From a virus: 64,000 nucleotides of DNA. Numbering within the stretch: position 1 is the first letter of the stretch; the number at the start of each line of letters is the position of its first letter. Both the position numbers and the translations under genes were made by a program. The notes beneath the pieces were generated by a model, which worked only from the letters and a program-made list of their open reading frames with translations, did not search any database and was not told where the DNA came from. Shown here piece after piece: positions 45,901 through 55,591 of the stretch. Location: positions 1 through 64,000 of IMG/VR virus record IMGVR_UViG_3300021093_003813. One strand, given 5' to 3'.

Positions 45901-47202
45901 TGTGATGTATTCCACAGTGGCAACACGTGCTGTACCAATTTCTGAACCTGGAGCTGATGTTGCTGAATATGTTGTGGCTGTGACAGCACCTGCAGCTGTT
46001 CCTCGTAGTGAAATCAAGGCACCATTGGAAGGAAAACTACCACACAATTCATCCACAATCAAATAGTTGCCGTAGGCTGTGGACAATCTGACGGCTGTTC
46101 TTTCAAGGGTGTTTGTGGGCTTCTCAACATCCAAATATTTGGTGGCAAACAGCTCATATTCAAAGCCTCGTACATAGGCTTTGCCAGGTTCCACTCCTAG
46201 GGCCAGTTTGCCATTGTCACCACCTTGTCCTGATGTGTACACACCATCAGTGTCATCATCCACAAGATGTTCACGAATATGATAGTTGAAAGGACGTACC
46301 ACGTAGTCACCTGATTCATCATAGGTTCTACGTGCCAATGTGTTGTTTAATTCTGCAAATTGTGTTCTGTCATACCGACGGCTGATGGCACCAGCATTCA
46401 CTTCATACAGAATGAAGAATCCTTCCACTGTTTCATTGATAGGGAAAGCCACCAATTCAGTAGACAGTTTGAATCTATCAGCACCTGGAGCAGTGTAATT
46501 GAATGCACCTTGTGCTGGATCCAACAATGTTTCATCATCATCAGAGGTGATGATTTCTTCATTTACTGAGAAACCTACTTTTTTGCTAGGTGTCTCACTG
46601 TACTTTTCCAACACGATGGTTTGTGCGTAATGACGAATGAAGAAGCCGTTGGCATACACCACACCATCACCCACAGAGAACAATGAACCCTTGGTGATAG
46701 GTGTTTCTGAAACGTCAGCAATGATTACTGTGATGTTTTCATCATCATCTTGGGTGAGCACTTCATCAGCAGCAAATGTTTCTGTGGTACCACTATCACC
46801 TTGTGAGATGTACTGGAGGAACAATGCCTTGTATGTGGTGGTTTCACTACCAGTAGCCACCTTCTTCACAACAGCTTTTACATTATCATCAGCACCTACC
46901 AATGTTTTTCCTTCCAATGCCAACAAATTTTCGTCTGTGATTTCTTGACCGGAAGTATCAGTATCAAGAATTTTCACAACATCCACACTAAAGTTTGTGG
47001 ATTCTGGACATCCAGAAATCACACTACCTTCCTTGAAGATGTTGTCACCAAATCTCTTGACTTGATCCTGTAGGATGGTTTGAAGTTGTGTTAGCTCACG
47101 AGCTTGAACTGAAAACCCTGGTTTGAACAGAACCTTGTGAAAGTTCTTGTTCAAATCAAAGTCATCATAGTATGGATAGGTGTTGAGATTAAGCTTGGCC
47201 AT
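42994..47202 (-). CDS. large virion structural protein, N-terminal half (DUF4815/VrlC-like)
   Basis: PYYDDF, LFKPGFSVQARELTQLQ, APGADR, LARRTYDESGDY, GKAYVRG, RRYTMADIG, FKNGVLVDSF. Confidence 0.85.
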   Translation of the reverse strand: MAKLNLNTYPYYDDFDLNKNFHKVLFKPGFSVQARELTQLQTILQDQVKRFGDNIFKEGSVISGCPESTNFSVDVVKILDTDTSGQEITDENLLALEGKTLVGADDNVKAVVKKVATGSETTTYKALFLQYISQGDSGTTETFAADEVLTQDDDENITVIIADVSETPITKGSLFSVGDGVVYANGFFIRHYAQTIVLEKYSETPSKKVGFSVNEEIITSDDDETLLDPAQGAFNYTAPGADRFKLSTELVAFPINETVEGFFILYEVNAGAISRRYDRTQFAELNNTLARRTYDESGDYVVRPFNYHIREHLVDDDTDGVYTSGQGGDNGKLALGVEPGKAYVRGFEYELFATKYLDVEKPTNTLERTAVRLSTAYGNYLIVDELCGSFPSNGALISLRGTAAGAVTATTYSATSAPGSEIGTARVATVEYITGTPGAAAAQYRVYLYDIEMTGGSVADIRGLYRDNAAKDFHADVVTTPAVLKESTYSPYIFPTTYNYVKTLQPNTLDNSFTYRKHFTSVAVAANGSASISVSGDETFAFTSATNATILAEFIVVAETAVSTGSAVYTAGQVINMTGGNMTVTPGTNTINFNIHTPGGLTGSPTVSVLASVSRSDVTPRTKTLNKDRYIRIQATKKLGFVSGSTYLVATASTGSANITFAYNAAVNITSEDCPAGSNIYTSANALLGTVSSVTARNDGTSTGPIVVLTANSAANITTTSSTPLRVVHPNWDVVAKKFTTSPSLGLCDIYALDYIKAGDVETAWATIDASGDDFTGQFKIKNGQTDSHYNLGTVSGSFLEERRYVIRVDHFVHNAGAFFNVDSYPLPTQGDSPTASEIDWHKMPLYVGSNGKKYEMRDVLDFRVTVANVATSTTTLTSSNINPIGYTASTKSFTGFTPHFLPHPQEEFITDVEWNLPRVDRVILDADGNFTVIEGQASENPLTPRLPSNCMDLGVLQLPPFPALSPKAAKLAGRPANASSFSKAALQRRYTMADIGVIDKRLGNLEEFTKLSFLEQKTINTLIYNDSGEERFKNGVLVDSFDRADKVNINNETNNCLIFRGVLSPRLDSDPIDLEVSSTSSVVLAPKDAKIVVRQTVGATKFAVGETVSQATSSATGEIEHIVEIARGGNFKWSRLYLVNCTGTFVANTAFTVTGTTTSTTGLITYTNITAAILAEDFRPDLVSYPSDGEIATLPYEHEVFSENPYASESVSVTNNVVYGYEGSIGLIPAEDVWFEHRTQPQIINNYNTEVIIKEVEKQVEVVRHLEKIVETFVPTCVGVTEPIILIEPPPPPVKKERPPVFIEQDWNLKPIKINAVGGVLGPPAIIEVTPIILEEGFPISLPIDSPAPVEETPSTYIPADLGGGGSGGREPVSYGGGGVPSLSGEFDQISSFAFQDVNQI

Positions 47203-47208
47203 GTGTTA

Positions 47209-49866
47209 TTAGAAGTTGATAAACAATTTGAATGTTTCTGTTTGTTCAGACTGACGCACCAATGGTGCGATATTACTCAGATAGATAACTTCACCTGCAC
47301 GTTGAGAAATTTCAGGCTCAACCAATGAGGTGATGGTCAACCCAGATTCACCTGTTGTGACATTTTCCAATATGGATTCATCACTGATATTATTTATCAC
47401 TGGTAGCAGATAAACAGTTGTGTTGTCCACATATGCCACGATGTACTCTCCATTACTATCTGTAGTCACAACATCATCAAGATTGTATTTGGTTCCATCA
47501 GGCACTGTTATCACGAAACATGCGTTACCTGTGTTGGCAGAGAACAAAGTTTCATTGTCAAATGTCTTAATGTTTTTGATGACGCCATATTGACGAAAAT
47601 CATTTTCTAGGAAAAAATCTTCTTGAAAATCTTCAATGGCTACTGCGATGCCTATTGTTGTGGCAAACAATTCTTGTGGAATATTGGAACCATGACCGCC
47701 TTGAGGTGAAATCACGGCACGAAGTTCACCCTCTGTGCCATCACCACTGATGTTCAATTCAGCAAATGAGTATCCTGTGCCACGGTCTGTGATGGTGACG
47801 GCAGTGATTTCACCATCCACCACTGTCAACTCAGCTGCAGCTCCAGTGCCATCACCGTTGATGGACACACTAGTGGTGGCTTGAACATATCCGGAACCAC
47901 CATCAACAATTTCTATGAAATCAATTTGTCCGTTGGTGGCAACAGCATATCCAGCAACATTTTGATTCACAATGTTGGGCAAGTCTGTGGTTTCAATAAC
48001 CACAGAACCTGAAGCACCTGTACCACCACCACCAAGAATCAACACAAATGCAAAGCTGTATCCAGAACCGCCATCAGTGAGATTCAATTCTGTAACCAGA
48101 CCTGCGGATATCTCAGCTGTGGCTTCAGCACCAACACCATCACCTACAATGATGACTGTTGGTGTTGTGGTGTAGCTGGATCCTTGGGAATCTAGAATTA
48201 TTTCACTGATGGTGCCGTTATGGTCAAATCGTGTGGATGTACCATAGAATTTCACTGGGATGTAATCATCATTCAGAAATTTCACACGGTCTGCAGCAGG
48301 AACTTCATACATCAACTGCCAGGTGTATCCATCAGACAATGTTTTAGGACCCACTTCTGAGAAGGCAGGTAGCACTGTGGATGGATTGCCATTGTTGTTG
48401 TCCAAACACTTGTAGATTCTGAAATTGTTACTGTTGAACGCATAGAAATCTTCATCTGATATATCCACAGTGTCATCATATTGCACATAGATGGTGTCAG
48501 CTTCCCAATCAATTCTTCTTGCCATCAATGTAATATCACTAGGATTCACCTTCTTCACACCTAAAATGTTTCTCTTTACAGAACTGTCCTCAGAACGTGT
48601 GTCCACAGGAGTAGGTGCTGTAGGTTCTGTTGCCCATTCCAAAGGACGAGACAAGAACACGTAGAAGAAATCATGTGGGTTGGGAAAATTGGTTATGGTG
48701 AAGGTGTTGATGGTCACAGTTTGATCCAAGGGACCTGTCAACGTGGTGTCACCCAGTCCGAATAGAGGAGTGATGTTGATGGCAGTACCAGCATCAGCAT
48801 TGGCAAATGTAGTGGCCAACTTGATGGTATCGGCTGTCACTTTGATGATGAAATAATTAGTGCTATCTGTCAATGTTGCAATTGAGCCAGAATCTTCCGT
48901 GTATGTGACTTCTTGTCCAGTCACAAAACCATGGTCAGGTAGATAGAATGTGTTGTCAATTTTCAGAAATGCTTGTGCACTGTTTCCTGTGCCTGTGAGA
49001 TTGATGGCTGATCCTCCAGATGTCGAGGACACTTGGAAGGTGTTTGCGGTGGCTCCCACCACAAAGTATTCAGTCTCATTTACCAATCCTCCGATGGCAG
49101 TGCCACCATTGGAAAAGTAACTAACTATATCACCGTTAGAAAATCCATGGGAGGAACTGGTGATGGTTTCTGTGGCTGTGTTCACACCTGAGGTTAACAC
49201 ATTCACACCATGTAAATTCAACAGTTGTTCATCCACTGCAGCACCTTCAATGTATTCTTCCACAAGAATCAGTTGAAAGGCAGAACCTGATGCAGCGGAT
49301 GCATTTATATTGATGGCAGTAGGTGAGGATGCAATGGCAAATGCCCGACTTGTTGCCAGTTTGATGGTGTCATCATCTATCACAATAATGAAATAGGACA
49401 CAGCGTTCACCAGATTGGTGATGCCAGCTGCGGCGCCATTTTCGAAATAAATCACCTTGTCACCTTCATTGAATCCATGATCCACGTAGGTGATGGTGTC
49501 TGCACCGTCATCCACATCAGCGGCCGCGAATTCTATTCCATTGATGGTGAGTGTGGTGACTTCTTCACCTATGGGTGTCAGAAGTTCCACACTGGTACCA
49601 TCTGTGGCAATGTAGTCCTCAGTTAACACTTTGTCACCATCTACAAAGACTTCAATTCTTCCAGGTGTGTATGTCAAAGTTTTACCTTTGATGTCCTCAC
49701 CTGTGAATGTAGTGTCTCCAGCAGTTGCCGAATAGGTGTACATTGTGGTGTCCAAAGTGTTCAGAGTGTTCAACTCTCCACTAGGGACATTCAATGTGTT
49801 TACAATATCTCGGTGAAAACTGCGTGCAAGTTCCGTCCGGAACCTAATCGGCAATAATGCTGGCAT
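47209..49866 (-). CDS. gp8: baseplate wedge gp8-like with inserted repeat domains
   Basis: RRIDW, IYKCLDNN, DGYTWQLMY, ISPQGGHG, DFRQYGVIKN; three HGFxxGxxVxY repeats. Confidence 0.8.
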   Translation of the reverse strand: MPALLPIRFRTELARSFHRDIVNTLNVPSGELNTLNTLDTTMYTYSATAGDTTFTGEDIKGKTLTYTPGRIEVFVDGDKVLTEDYIATDGTSVELLTPIGEEVTTLTINGIEFAAADVDDGADTITYVDHGFNEGDKVIYFENGAAAGITNLVNAVSYFIIVIDDDTIKLATSRAFAIASSPTAININASAASGSAFQLILVEEYIEGAAVDEQLLNLHGVNVLTSGVNTATETITSSSHGFSNGDIVSYFSNGGTAIGGLVNETEYFVVGATANTFQVSSTSGGSAINLTGTGNSAQAFLKIDNTFYLPDHGFVTGQEVTYTEDSGSIATLTDSTNYFIIKVTADTIKLATTFANADAGTAINITPLFGLGDTTLTGPLDQTVTINTFTITNFPNPHDFFYVFLSRPLEWATEPTAPTPVDTRSEDSSVKRNILGVKKVNPSDITLMARRIDWEADTIYVQYDDTVDISDEDFYAFNSNNFRIYKCLDNNNGNPSTVLPAFSEVGPKTLSDGYTWQLMYEVPAADRVKFLNDDYIPVKFYGTSTRFDHNGTISEIILDSQGSSYTTTPTVIIVGDGVGAEATAEISAGLVTELNLTDGGSGYSFAFVLILGGGGTGASGSVVIETTDLPNIVNQNVAGYAVATNGQIDFIEIVDGGSGYVQATTSVSINGDGTGAAAELTVVDGEITAVTITDRGTGYSFAELNISGDGTEGELRAVISPQGGHGSNIPQELFATTIGIAVAIEDFQEDFFLENDFRQYGVIKNIKTFDNETLFSANTGNACFVITVPDGTKYNLDDVVTTDSNGEYIVAYVDNTTVYLLPVINNISDESILENVTTGESGLTITSLVEPEISQRAGEVIYLSNIAPLVRQSEQTETFKLFINF

Positions 49867-49876
49867 TAGTTTTTAA

Positions 49877-50335
49877 TTATGAAAGTGTGACAGTCCAAGT
49901 GATGGTCATAGCGTCTGATGCACCTTTGTTCACTACTGAGAACACAGTGCGGCACAACATGGTACCTGCTGATGAAGCATTGAAGATACCTGCTTCCACT
50001 AGAGCACCTGTACCTGTACCAGCTGCGAATGTACAAACATATTGCACAGAGTCGTTGGCGGTTGATGAGGTGGTTTGTGTTGATGATGTCAAAGAAGTAC
50101 GTGAGCCTGCCACAGCTGCACCTAGAGTGGTGTTGCCAGCTGCTGCTGCTGTGTTGTCTGTACCCACTTCCATGTGTGACATCACACCTGAAGATGTGCC
50201 AATCATACGTGAAGAGATGTATGCTTTACCTACAGTCACCACTAGATTGTCAATGTTCCGTTCTTCTTTTACTACACCATTTTCATCATGTACTACAATC
50301 TTCACCTTACCGGTTGCTTTGATTAGTTCTTCCAT
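49877..50335 (-). CDS. small beta-rich virion protein
   Basis: NLVVTVGK, EAGIFNA, NKGASDAMTITWTV; AGAGGA SD and its own late promoter. Confidence 0.8.
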   Translation of the reverse strand: MEELIKATGKVKIVVHDENGVVKEERNIDNLVVTVGKAYISSRMIGTSSGVMSHMEVGTDNTAAAAGNTTLGAAVAGSRTSLTSSTQTTSSTANDSVQYVCTFAAGTGTGALVEAGIFNASSAGTMLCRTVFSVVNKGASDAMTITWTVTLS

Positions 50336-50381
50336 TGTTTTCCTCTGGTTTTAAGTTGATGAAACTACGAATCAATACTAG

Positions 50382-50389
50382 TATTTATA
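50382..50389 (-). promoter_or_regulatory. late promoter
   Basis: TATAAATA on minus strand. Confidence 0.8.
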
Positions 50390-50395
50390 CAAAAT

Positions 50396-53287
50396 TTAGA
50401 AACTGCTAGTGGTTCCCACGTAAGTGGATGTAGTGGTTTGTGTGGTTGTGTAATTTGCCTCAAAATAACTTTCTAGAACTATATCTCCCCCAACATCTGT
50501 CGGGGTGATGCTGTCTGTGACATCCTTTTCTACATCTTTGTCGTCTGCGTCACTGATTGTGATGGTGTCTGTGGGAATCACATAATCCAGATTCAATTCT
50601 ACATCATCTCCCACTGTTACATCTTCTTGCAGGTCACTGGATGCATCATTCTGTTGGTTGAAGTTTCTGACCATGGTGTCAGACAATGTAACAGTATCCG
50701 ACAAGGTGAATTCCAATTCCTTCACAACCACGTCAGACATGGAGGCGTTATCTGCCAGAGTTAGTGGAATCACAATCAACAAGTTCACATTGTCTGATGT
50801 TGAAACAGAATCAGTCAATGGAGTGCTGACATCCAAAGACAAATTATCCGTGTTGTTTTGTGTATCAACTAACGTGTAATCAACATTCTTGGTCAATACA
50901 TCTGAGGTGCTGATGGTGTCTGTCTTGTTTAAATTCACATTCACAACACTGGCATCAGTCTGGTTGAAACTGTCTGTGAACACATAATTGGTGTTCAATG
51001 TCAACTCATCAGAGAAGGACACATCTTCTTGTAAATCAGATGTGGCGTCATTCTGTTGGTTGAAGTTTCTGACCATGATGTCAGACACATTAAGGGTGTC
51101 TGTGAATGCCATTTCTGTATTCAAGGTGACAATTTCTGTCGTGCCTATAGCATCAGTCTTGAATGGTTCCACAGAATTCACAGACACGTCTGAGGTTACC
51201 ACATCATCAGAGAATGGCTTGGTCACTGTGAATGCTGTTGCATCATTCATGGACACATCATCTTGCAAATCAGATGTGGCGTCATTCTGTTGATTGAAAT
51301 TGTAATTCAATGTGTCTGTGACACCCACGGAATCTGCCAACACAATGGCACTGCTGAGTATCACATTTTCAGACACAGTGACACCATCTGTGGCTATAGG
51401 CTCTAATGAAATGGTCAACACATCAGCACTGTTAACAGTATCAGTCTTACTGATGCTGTTGTTGAATGTCATCAAGTCTGAACTGTTGAAGGTGTCTGTT
51501 AAGGTTTCTAGAATTACGAGCGAAGCATTGAATGTTTCACTCAAGGTTACTGATTCAGTGAATGGCTTGCTGATGGTCTTGAGCACCAGTTCTGACGCTG
51601 TGACCGTGTCTTCCAGTTCACGGTATGGGAGGTCTTCAATATCCACCTGGTCAAATTCATCTTCTATTGTGACGGTGGGAGGTATGATGTCACCTGTGAG
51701 CAACAGATTGGCAAACATCTTGAACCCTGCAGGGTGTGTGCTCTTTAAGTAGATGTTTTTCCAGTTGGACAACTGTTCTGTGGTTTCAATGACATAGGAA
51801 TAAGGCTGGTAGTAGTCATTGTCTTGCAGTTTAATGATGTCAGACAAGAAGCCTGCATTATCCACATACTCACCTGGTGCATGATAGATGTGACCTGTGC
51901 TGAAGGTGATGGTGGCGGTAGAGGAACCAGAACGACCATTGTTGACATCCACGGTGAATGTTTCCACCGGTGTGAAGTCTGTGGAGATGTTCAGTTCCAA
52001 CACAGCACCTGTTCCAGAACCAGATGCTGTCAATGTGGTCAATGGAAGTCCTGTGATGAGATCCAATTCACTGCTATAGTTGGCACCACCATTCACCACA
52101 GTGACCTGTGTGATTTCTCCATCAGCCACCAACACACGGAACTCAGCACCTGTACCGTCGCCCACCAGATTTACTGCTGTGGCACCCACAGCATATCCAG
52201 AACCACCATCCAGAATGGTGACAGATTCAATCACACCTGTCTTGCGAACCAGGAACTTTTCACCACTATCCACAATGGACAACAACTTGATTTTACCACG
52301 TGTGGGAGCTGAAGCATAATCACCAAACAAAGTGTAATCTTCCAGGAAGTATTGTTCAGCAAAGGTGTTTTCAGTTTTCACCACACGAACAATGGCGTTG
52401 TTCTGTAAAGATTCAAAGGCGTAGGCAGCAGAACCTGTGGTGACTTCTGTGTAGTCGCCTGCAAAGTACAACCCTTCAATACCTGTTTCTGAGATGAAAA
52501 AGGTGTCATCTCGACGGAACCTGCTACCTGCTTCATCAACACTTACTACACGGGTCAACTGTTTGGAAATGGTGCCATAGGTGGTGGTGGTGTCACCAAC
52601 AAATTGCACGTACACGTGTGTATCATAGTTACCCAGACTGACAGCCAAATCAGTGTCAGCAGAAATATCATCCGGAAACACAAAATCAGGATTGATGTCC
52701 ACTTCCAACTGATAGATGTTGGGACGAGAGGTTTCATACACATCCAAACATCGTGTTGTAGTGGTTCTGGAGAAATTACCTGCACCTGAAATGAATTCCA
52801 GATAGGACAAGGTGATGATTTTTTCCTTCAACTCAAAGATGTTTTCATCAGGGAATCTGGTGGTTTCCACTTTGATGAAACGTTTTCTGCTCCATCGACC
52901 GTCTGAGGCGCGAAGGATAAAATCACCTGGATATTTTACTTCAGCTGTGTCATTGAACATGAAACGGAAAAACATTTCCGTGGCTGTTTCTGATCCCTTG
53001 GCTTCATAGTACTGATTGATGTACTTGATTAATTTTCTGTTGGCAAGGACGGTGTCACTGGGAAAATCATGAGTGAATTGAGCTCTGAAATATGGAATGA
53101 AGGCATCTAGTGTGATGTCAATATCTGTCCAATCAGAATTACTTAACAGAACATCATGAGCTTCACCCTCTTGTTCCAGAAATTTATAATAATATTCCAG
53201 AAATGTTACAAACTGCGGGTGTTCCACCCGCACAAATTCCGGGATTTGCCCGGAAATCAGATGATGTAACTTTCTCTTGATAGACAT
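50396..53287 (-). CDS. gp7: baseplate wedge initiator gp7-like with C-terminal 18-aa repeat tail
   Basis: QIPEFV, FLEYYY, YEAKGS, ASDGRW, LQDNDYYQPYSY, HPAGFKMF; follows gp6. Confidence 0.8.
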   Translation of the reverse strand: MSIKRKLHHLISGQIPEFVRVEHPQFVTFLEYYYKFLEQEGEAHDVLLSNSDWTDIDITLDAFIPYFRAQFTHDFPSDTVLANRKLIKYINQYYEAKGSETATEMFFRFMFNDTAEVKYPGDFILRASDGRWSRKRFIKVETTRFPDENIFELKEKIITLSYLEFISGAGNFSRTTTTRCLDVYETSRPNIYQLEVDINPDFVFPDDISADTDLAVSLGNYDTHVYVQFVGDTTTTYGTISKQLTRVVSVDEAGSRFRRDDTFFISETGIEGLYFAGDYTEVTTGSAAYAFESLQNNAIVRVVKTENTFAEQYFLEDYTLFGDYASAPTRGKIKLLSIVDSGEKFLVRKTGVIESVTILDGGSGYAVGATAVNLVGDGTGAEFRVLVADGEITQVTVVNGGANYSSELDLITGLPLTTLTASGSGTGAVLELNISTDFTPVETFTVDVNNGRSGSSTATITFSTGHIYHAPGEYVDNAGFLSDIIKLQDNDYYQPYSYVIETTEQLSNWKNIYLKSTHPAGFKMFANLLLTGDIIPPTVTIEDEFDQVDIEDLPYRELEDTVTASELVLKTISKPFTESVTLSETFNASLVILETLTDTFNSSDLMTFNNSISKTDTVNSADVLTISLEPIATDGVTVSENVILSSAIVLADSVGVTDTLNYNFNQQNDATSDLQDDVSMNDATAFTVTKPFSDDVVTSDVSVNSVEPFKTDAIGTTEIVTLNTEMAFTDTLNVSDIMVRNFNQQNDATSDLQEDVSFSDELTLNTNYVFTDSFNQTDASVVNVNLNKTDTISTSDVLTKNVDYTLVDTQNNTDNLSLDVSTPLTDSVSTSDNVNLLIVIPLTLADNASMSDVVVKELEFTLSDTVTLSDTMVRNFNQQNDASSDLQEDVTVGDDVELNLDYVIPTDTITISDADDKDVEKDVTDSITPTDVGGDIVLESYFEANYTTTQTTTSTYVGTTSSF

Positions 53288-53289
53288 TG

Positions 53290-55173
53290 TTATTGTGTGA
53301 ATGGACGACAGCTAATAATCAAACCTGCTGAAATATTAGCTTCTGAATTGCTTTCACTATCATCTAGTGTTAGAATGTTATTTCTGGAAGGAGTTGCTTC
53401 TATAGAACTTGTAGCTGTCTCAGCTGTACGAACAATACTACTGGAAATGTTTTGATATAGTGGTTGAGGTTGTACATTTACATACACTTCATTTACATTA
53501 CCCACATATTCTGTGACAATAACATTTCGCAGTGTTACAATTCCTTGATTGTAATTAATGGTGCCTACATTTGCAATAGGTAAACGTGTATCTTGGTCCA
53601 CAAATTTTATAGTTCCTTCTCCATCCCTATTTGCAATAACATCATTGGCAAAATCTTGTAGATGTCCAAAATATGATAGGTTATTTACTGTAGTGATGAA
53701 GTTACTGCTTCTGAAGGTCTCTGGCTCAATAGCAGTTAAAAAATTCAATGTTTCAGAATATCCAGATGTATCACTAGTTCCAATAACAACACGTTTTTGT
53801 AGTCGAATTTGAAACACAGAACCTACAATGGAAGTGTTCAATTGTTTCACGGTTTCTGAAATTTTAGACAAAAAGAACGTTCTGTCCAAAGTACCCAATT
53901 CATTGTCAAAATAATCTTGAATACCTGCAATCACCAATGAACTCAATTCTGAAGCTTTCAATGAGGTCAATTTAGGATTGTAATTCACAATACCTTGCAA
54001 ACCAAGATAAACATATTCTGGATCCACAAACTCATGTTTGATGCTCATCACACTTCGTGGACGAAGAATGGTTTCTTTGATGAAGTCTTTATCAGCATTA
54101 GTTATGACTGCGTTCGTGATGGGATCAACAGAAATGAACACGGTACCGTAAACTGGAGGATCATTTTCTTCTCCTCCCCAAACAGTGACTTCTCTGGCTT
54201 TAGAAAAATTTTGTTTGATTAATGTTCGATAATCTGCTGCTGTAACAGCTCTGTTTCTGTTGGCATTGAACTTGGGTGCATTGAAACGAATACTATCAAC
54301 TGATTCTCTGAAAGAACCACCTGTTGCGGGTGAAACCAAAGTTATGGTAACCTCAGTTTCTCCATCAATATCACCAATAAGAGAAAAATCTCTGGCGCCA
54401 TTTGGTGCAGAACCTTCAGACACAAGGTAGGTCACAGTCACAATGTTTCCAGGTATAAGTGTAGCACCAACATTGCCATCACCAAACACAATGTGATATT
54501 GACCTGAATTGTTTTCTTCCACGAAGAACACTTTGCTGGTGTCAGTTATATTTACTATAGATGATGTTTTGGACCAATCTGTTGATGACAGGTCGGCTGA
54601 GGAAGTTTGAACAGCAACTTGTATTGTCGTGGTGTCTACGTTTCCATTAGGAATAATCAAAGGTCCAGATGTGTTGTCTGAACCAATCAAAAATGTGTTG
54701 GAAAGATAGATTCCTTCAATCAGTTCCACATCTTCAAACACAAACACCTCACCTTCACTTACTGTGGCTGTTTGATTTTCATTCACATTAAAGGTGTAGG
54801 TTTCTCCATTTATAGCTGCATTAAATTTAGTGCTATTAGTAATGCTTAATGTGTTACCTGCTGTGACATCCTTTGTTACTATCAGATCCACGGTGGCTTT
54901 TGCTGAAGTTGTGGACCTTGGACTGTATCCCAACATCTTAGCCAATGACACCACAGATGTTCTTTTGATGGCTGTATCAATGAACATCTCATTGGCTTGA
55001 AGATTTGCCAACACAGCATTGTAATGTGTGTTGTATGCCAACACATCCAACAACAAACTCAAAGCAGAACCACTGAAGTCATAATCTGTGAATTCAGTTT
55101 GTGCTGCCAGATAGGTTCGTAGATTGTTTTTAATAGTGTCAAAATCTAGCTCTGTGACATTTAGTTCAGCCAT
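53290..55173 (-). CDS. gp6: baseplate wedge gp6
   Basis: LDFDTIK, LAYNTHYN, FGDG, RAVTAADY, WGGEENDPP. Confidence 0.96.
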   Translation of the reverse strand: MAELNVTELDFDTIKNNLRTYLAAQTEFTDYDFSGSALSLLLDVLAYNTHYNAVLANLQANEMFIDTAIKRTSVVSLAKMLGYSPRSTTSAKATVDLIVTKDVTAGNTLSITNSTKFNAAINGETYTFNVNENQTATVSEGEVFVFEDVELIEGIYLSNTFLIGSDNTSGPLIIPNGNVDTTTIQVAVQTSSADLSSTDWSKTSSIVNITDTSKVFFVEENNSGQYHIVFGDGNVGATLIPGNIVTVTYLVSEGSAPNGARDFSLIGDIDGETEVTITLVSPATGGSFRESVDSIRFNAPKFNANRNRAVTAADYRTLIKQNFSKAREVTVWGGEENDPPVYGTVFISVDPITNAVITNADKDFIKETILRPRSVMSIKHEFVDPEYVYLGLQGIVNYNPKLTSLKASELSSLVIAGIQDYFDNELGTLDRTFFLSKISETVKQLNTSIVGSVFQIRLQKRVVIGTSDTSGYSETLNFLTAIEPETFRSSNFITTVNNLSYFGHLQDFANDVIANRDGEGTIKFVDQDTRLPIANVGTINYNQGIVTLRNVIVTEYVGNVNEVYVNVQPQPLYQNISSSIVRTAETATSSIEATPSRNNILTLDDSESNSEANISAGLIISCRPFTQ

Positions 55174-55571
55174 TATCGTAATCTCTCTAAAGTAACCGTA
55201 AGGGAAGTTGGTTGATTGATACCTATGACAGTGAAATACAGAGAAATCTCATAGGCATTGTCATCTTCAAAAGGAAACACCACCACTTGTTCCAAAGCAA
55301 TGCGAGGCTCATACAAACTGATGGTGTTTTCAATACTACGTTTTATAGCCATGGTTGTGATAGCATCCACAGGCTCAAACAACAAATTACGTAAAGGTGA
55401 CCCAATGTTAGGTTGAAACAATCTTTCTCCCAAGTTGGTGTTCAACAATAATTTCAAAGATTGTTTTATAGAATTGGCATCTATTTTTTTCAACACATCC
55501 TGAGTTTGTGGATGTGCTGCAAAAGACAAGTCCAAATCTTTGTACAGTTTGTTGGGAGAAAGAATAGGCAT
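55173..55571 (-). CDS. gp25: baseplate wedge gp25
   Basis: YKDLDLSF, GERLFQP, YEPR, LERLR. Confidence 0.95.
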   Translation of the reverse strand: MPILSPNKLYKDLDLSFAAHPQTQDVLKKIDANSIKQSLKLLLNTNLGERLFQPNIGSPLRNLLFEPVDAITTMAIKRSIENTISLYEPRIALEQVVVFPFEDDNAYEISLYFTVIGINQPTSLTVTLERLR

Positions 55572-55580
55572 TTTATTGAA

Positions 55581-55588
55581 TATTTATA
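55581..55588 (-). promoter_or_regulatory. late promoter (gp25)
   Basis: TATAAATA on minus strand. Confidence 0.8.
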
Positions 55589-55591
55589 TGG

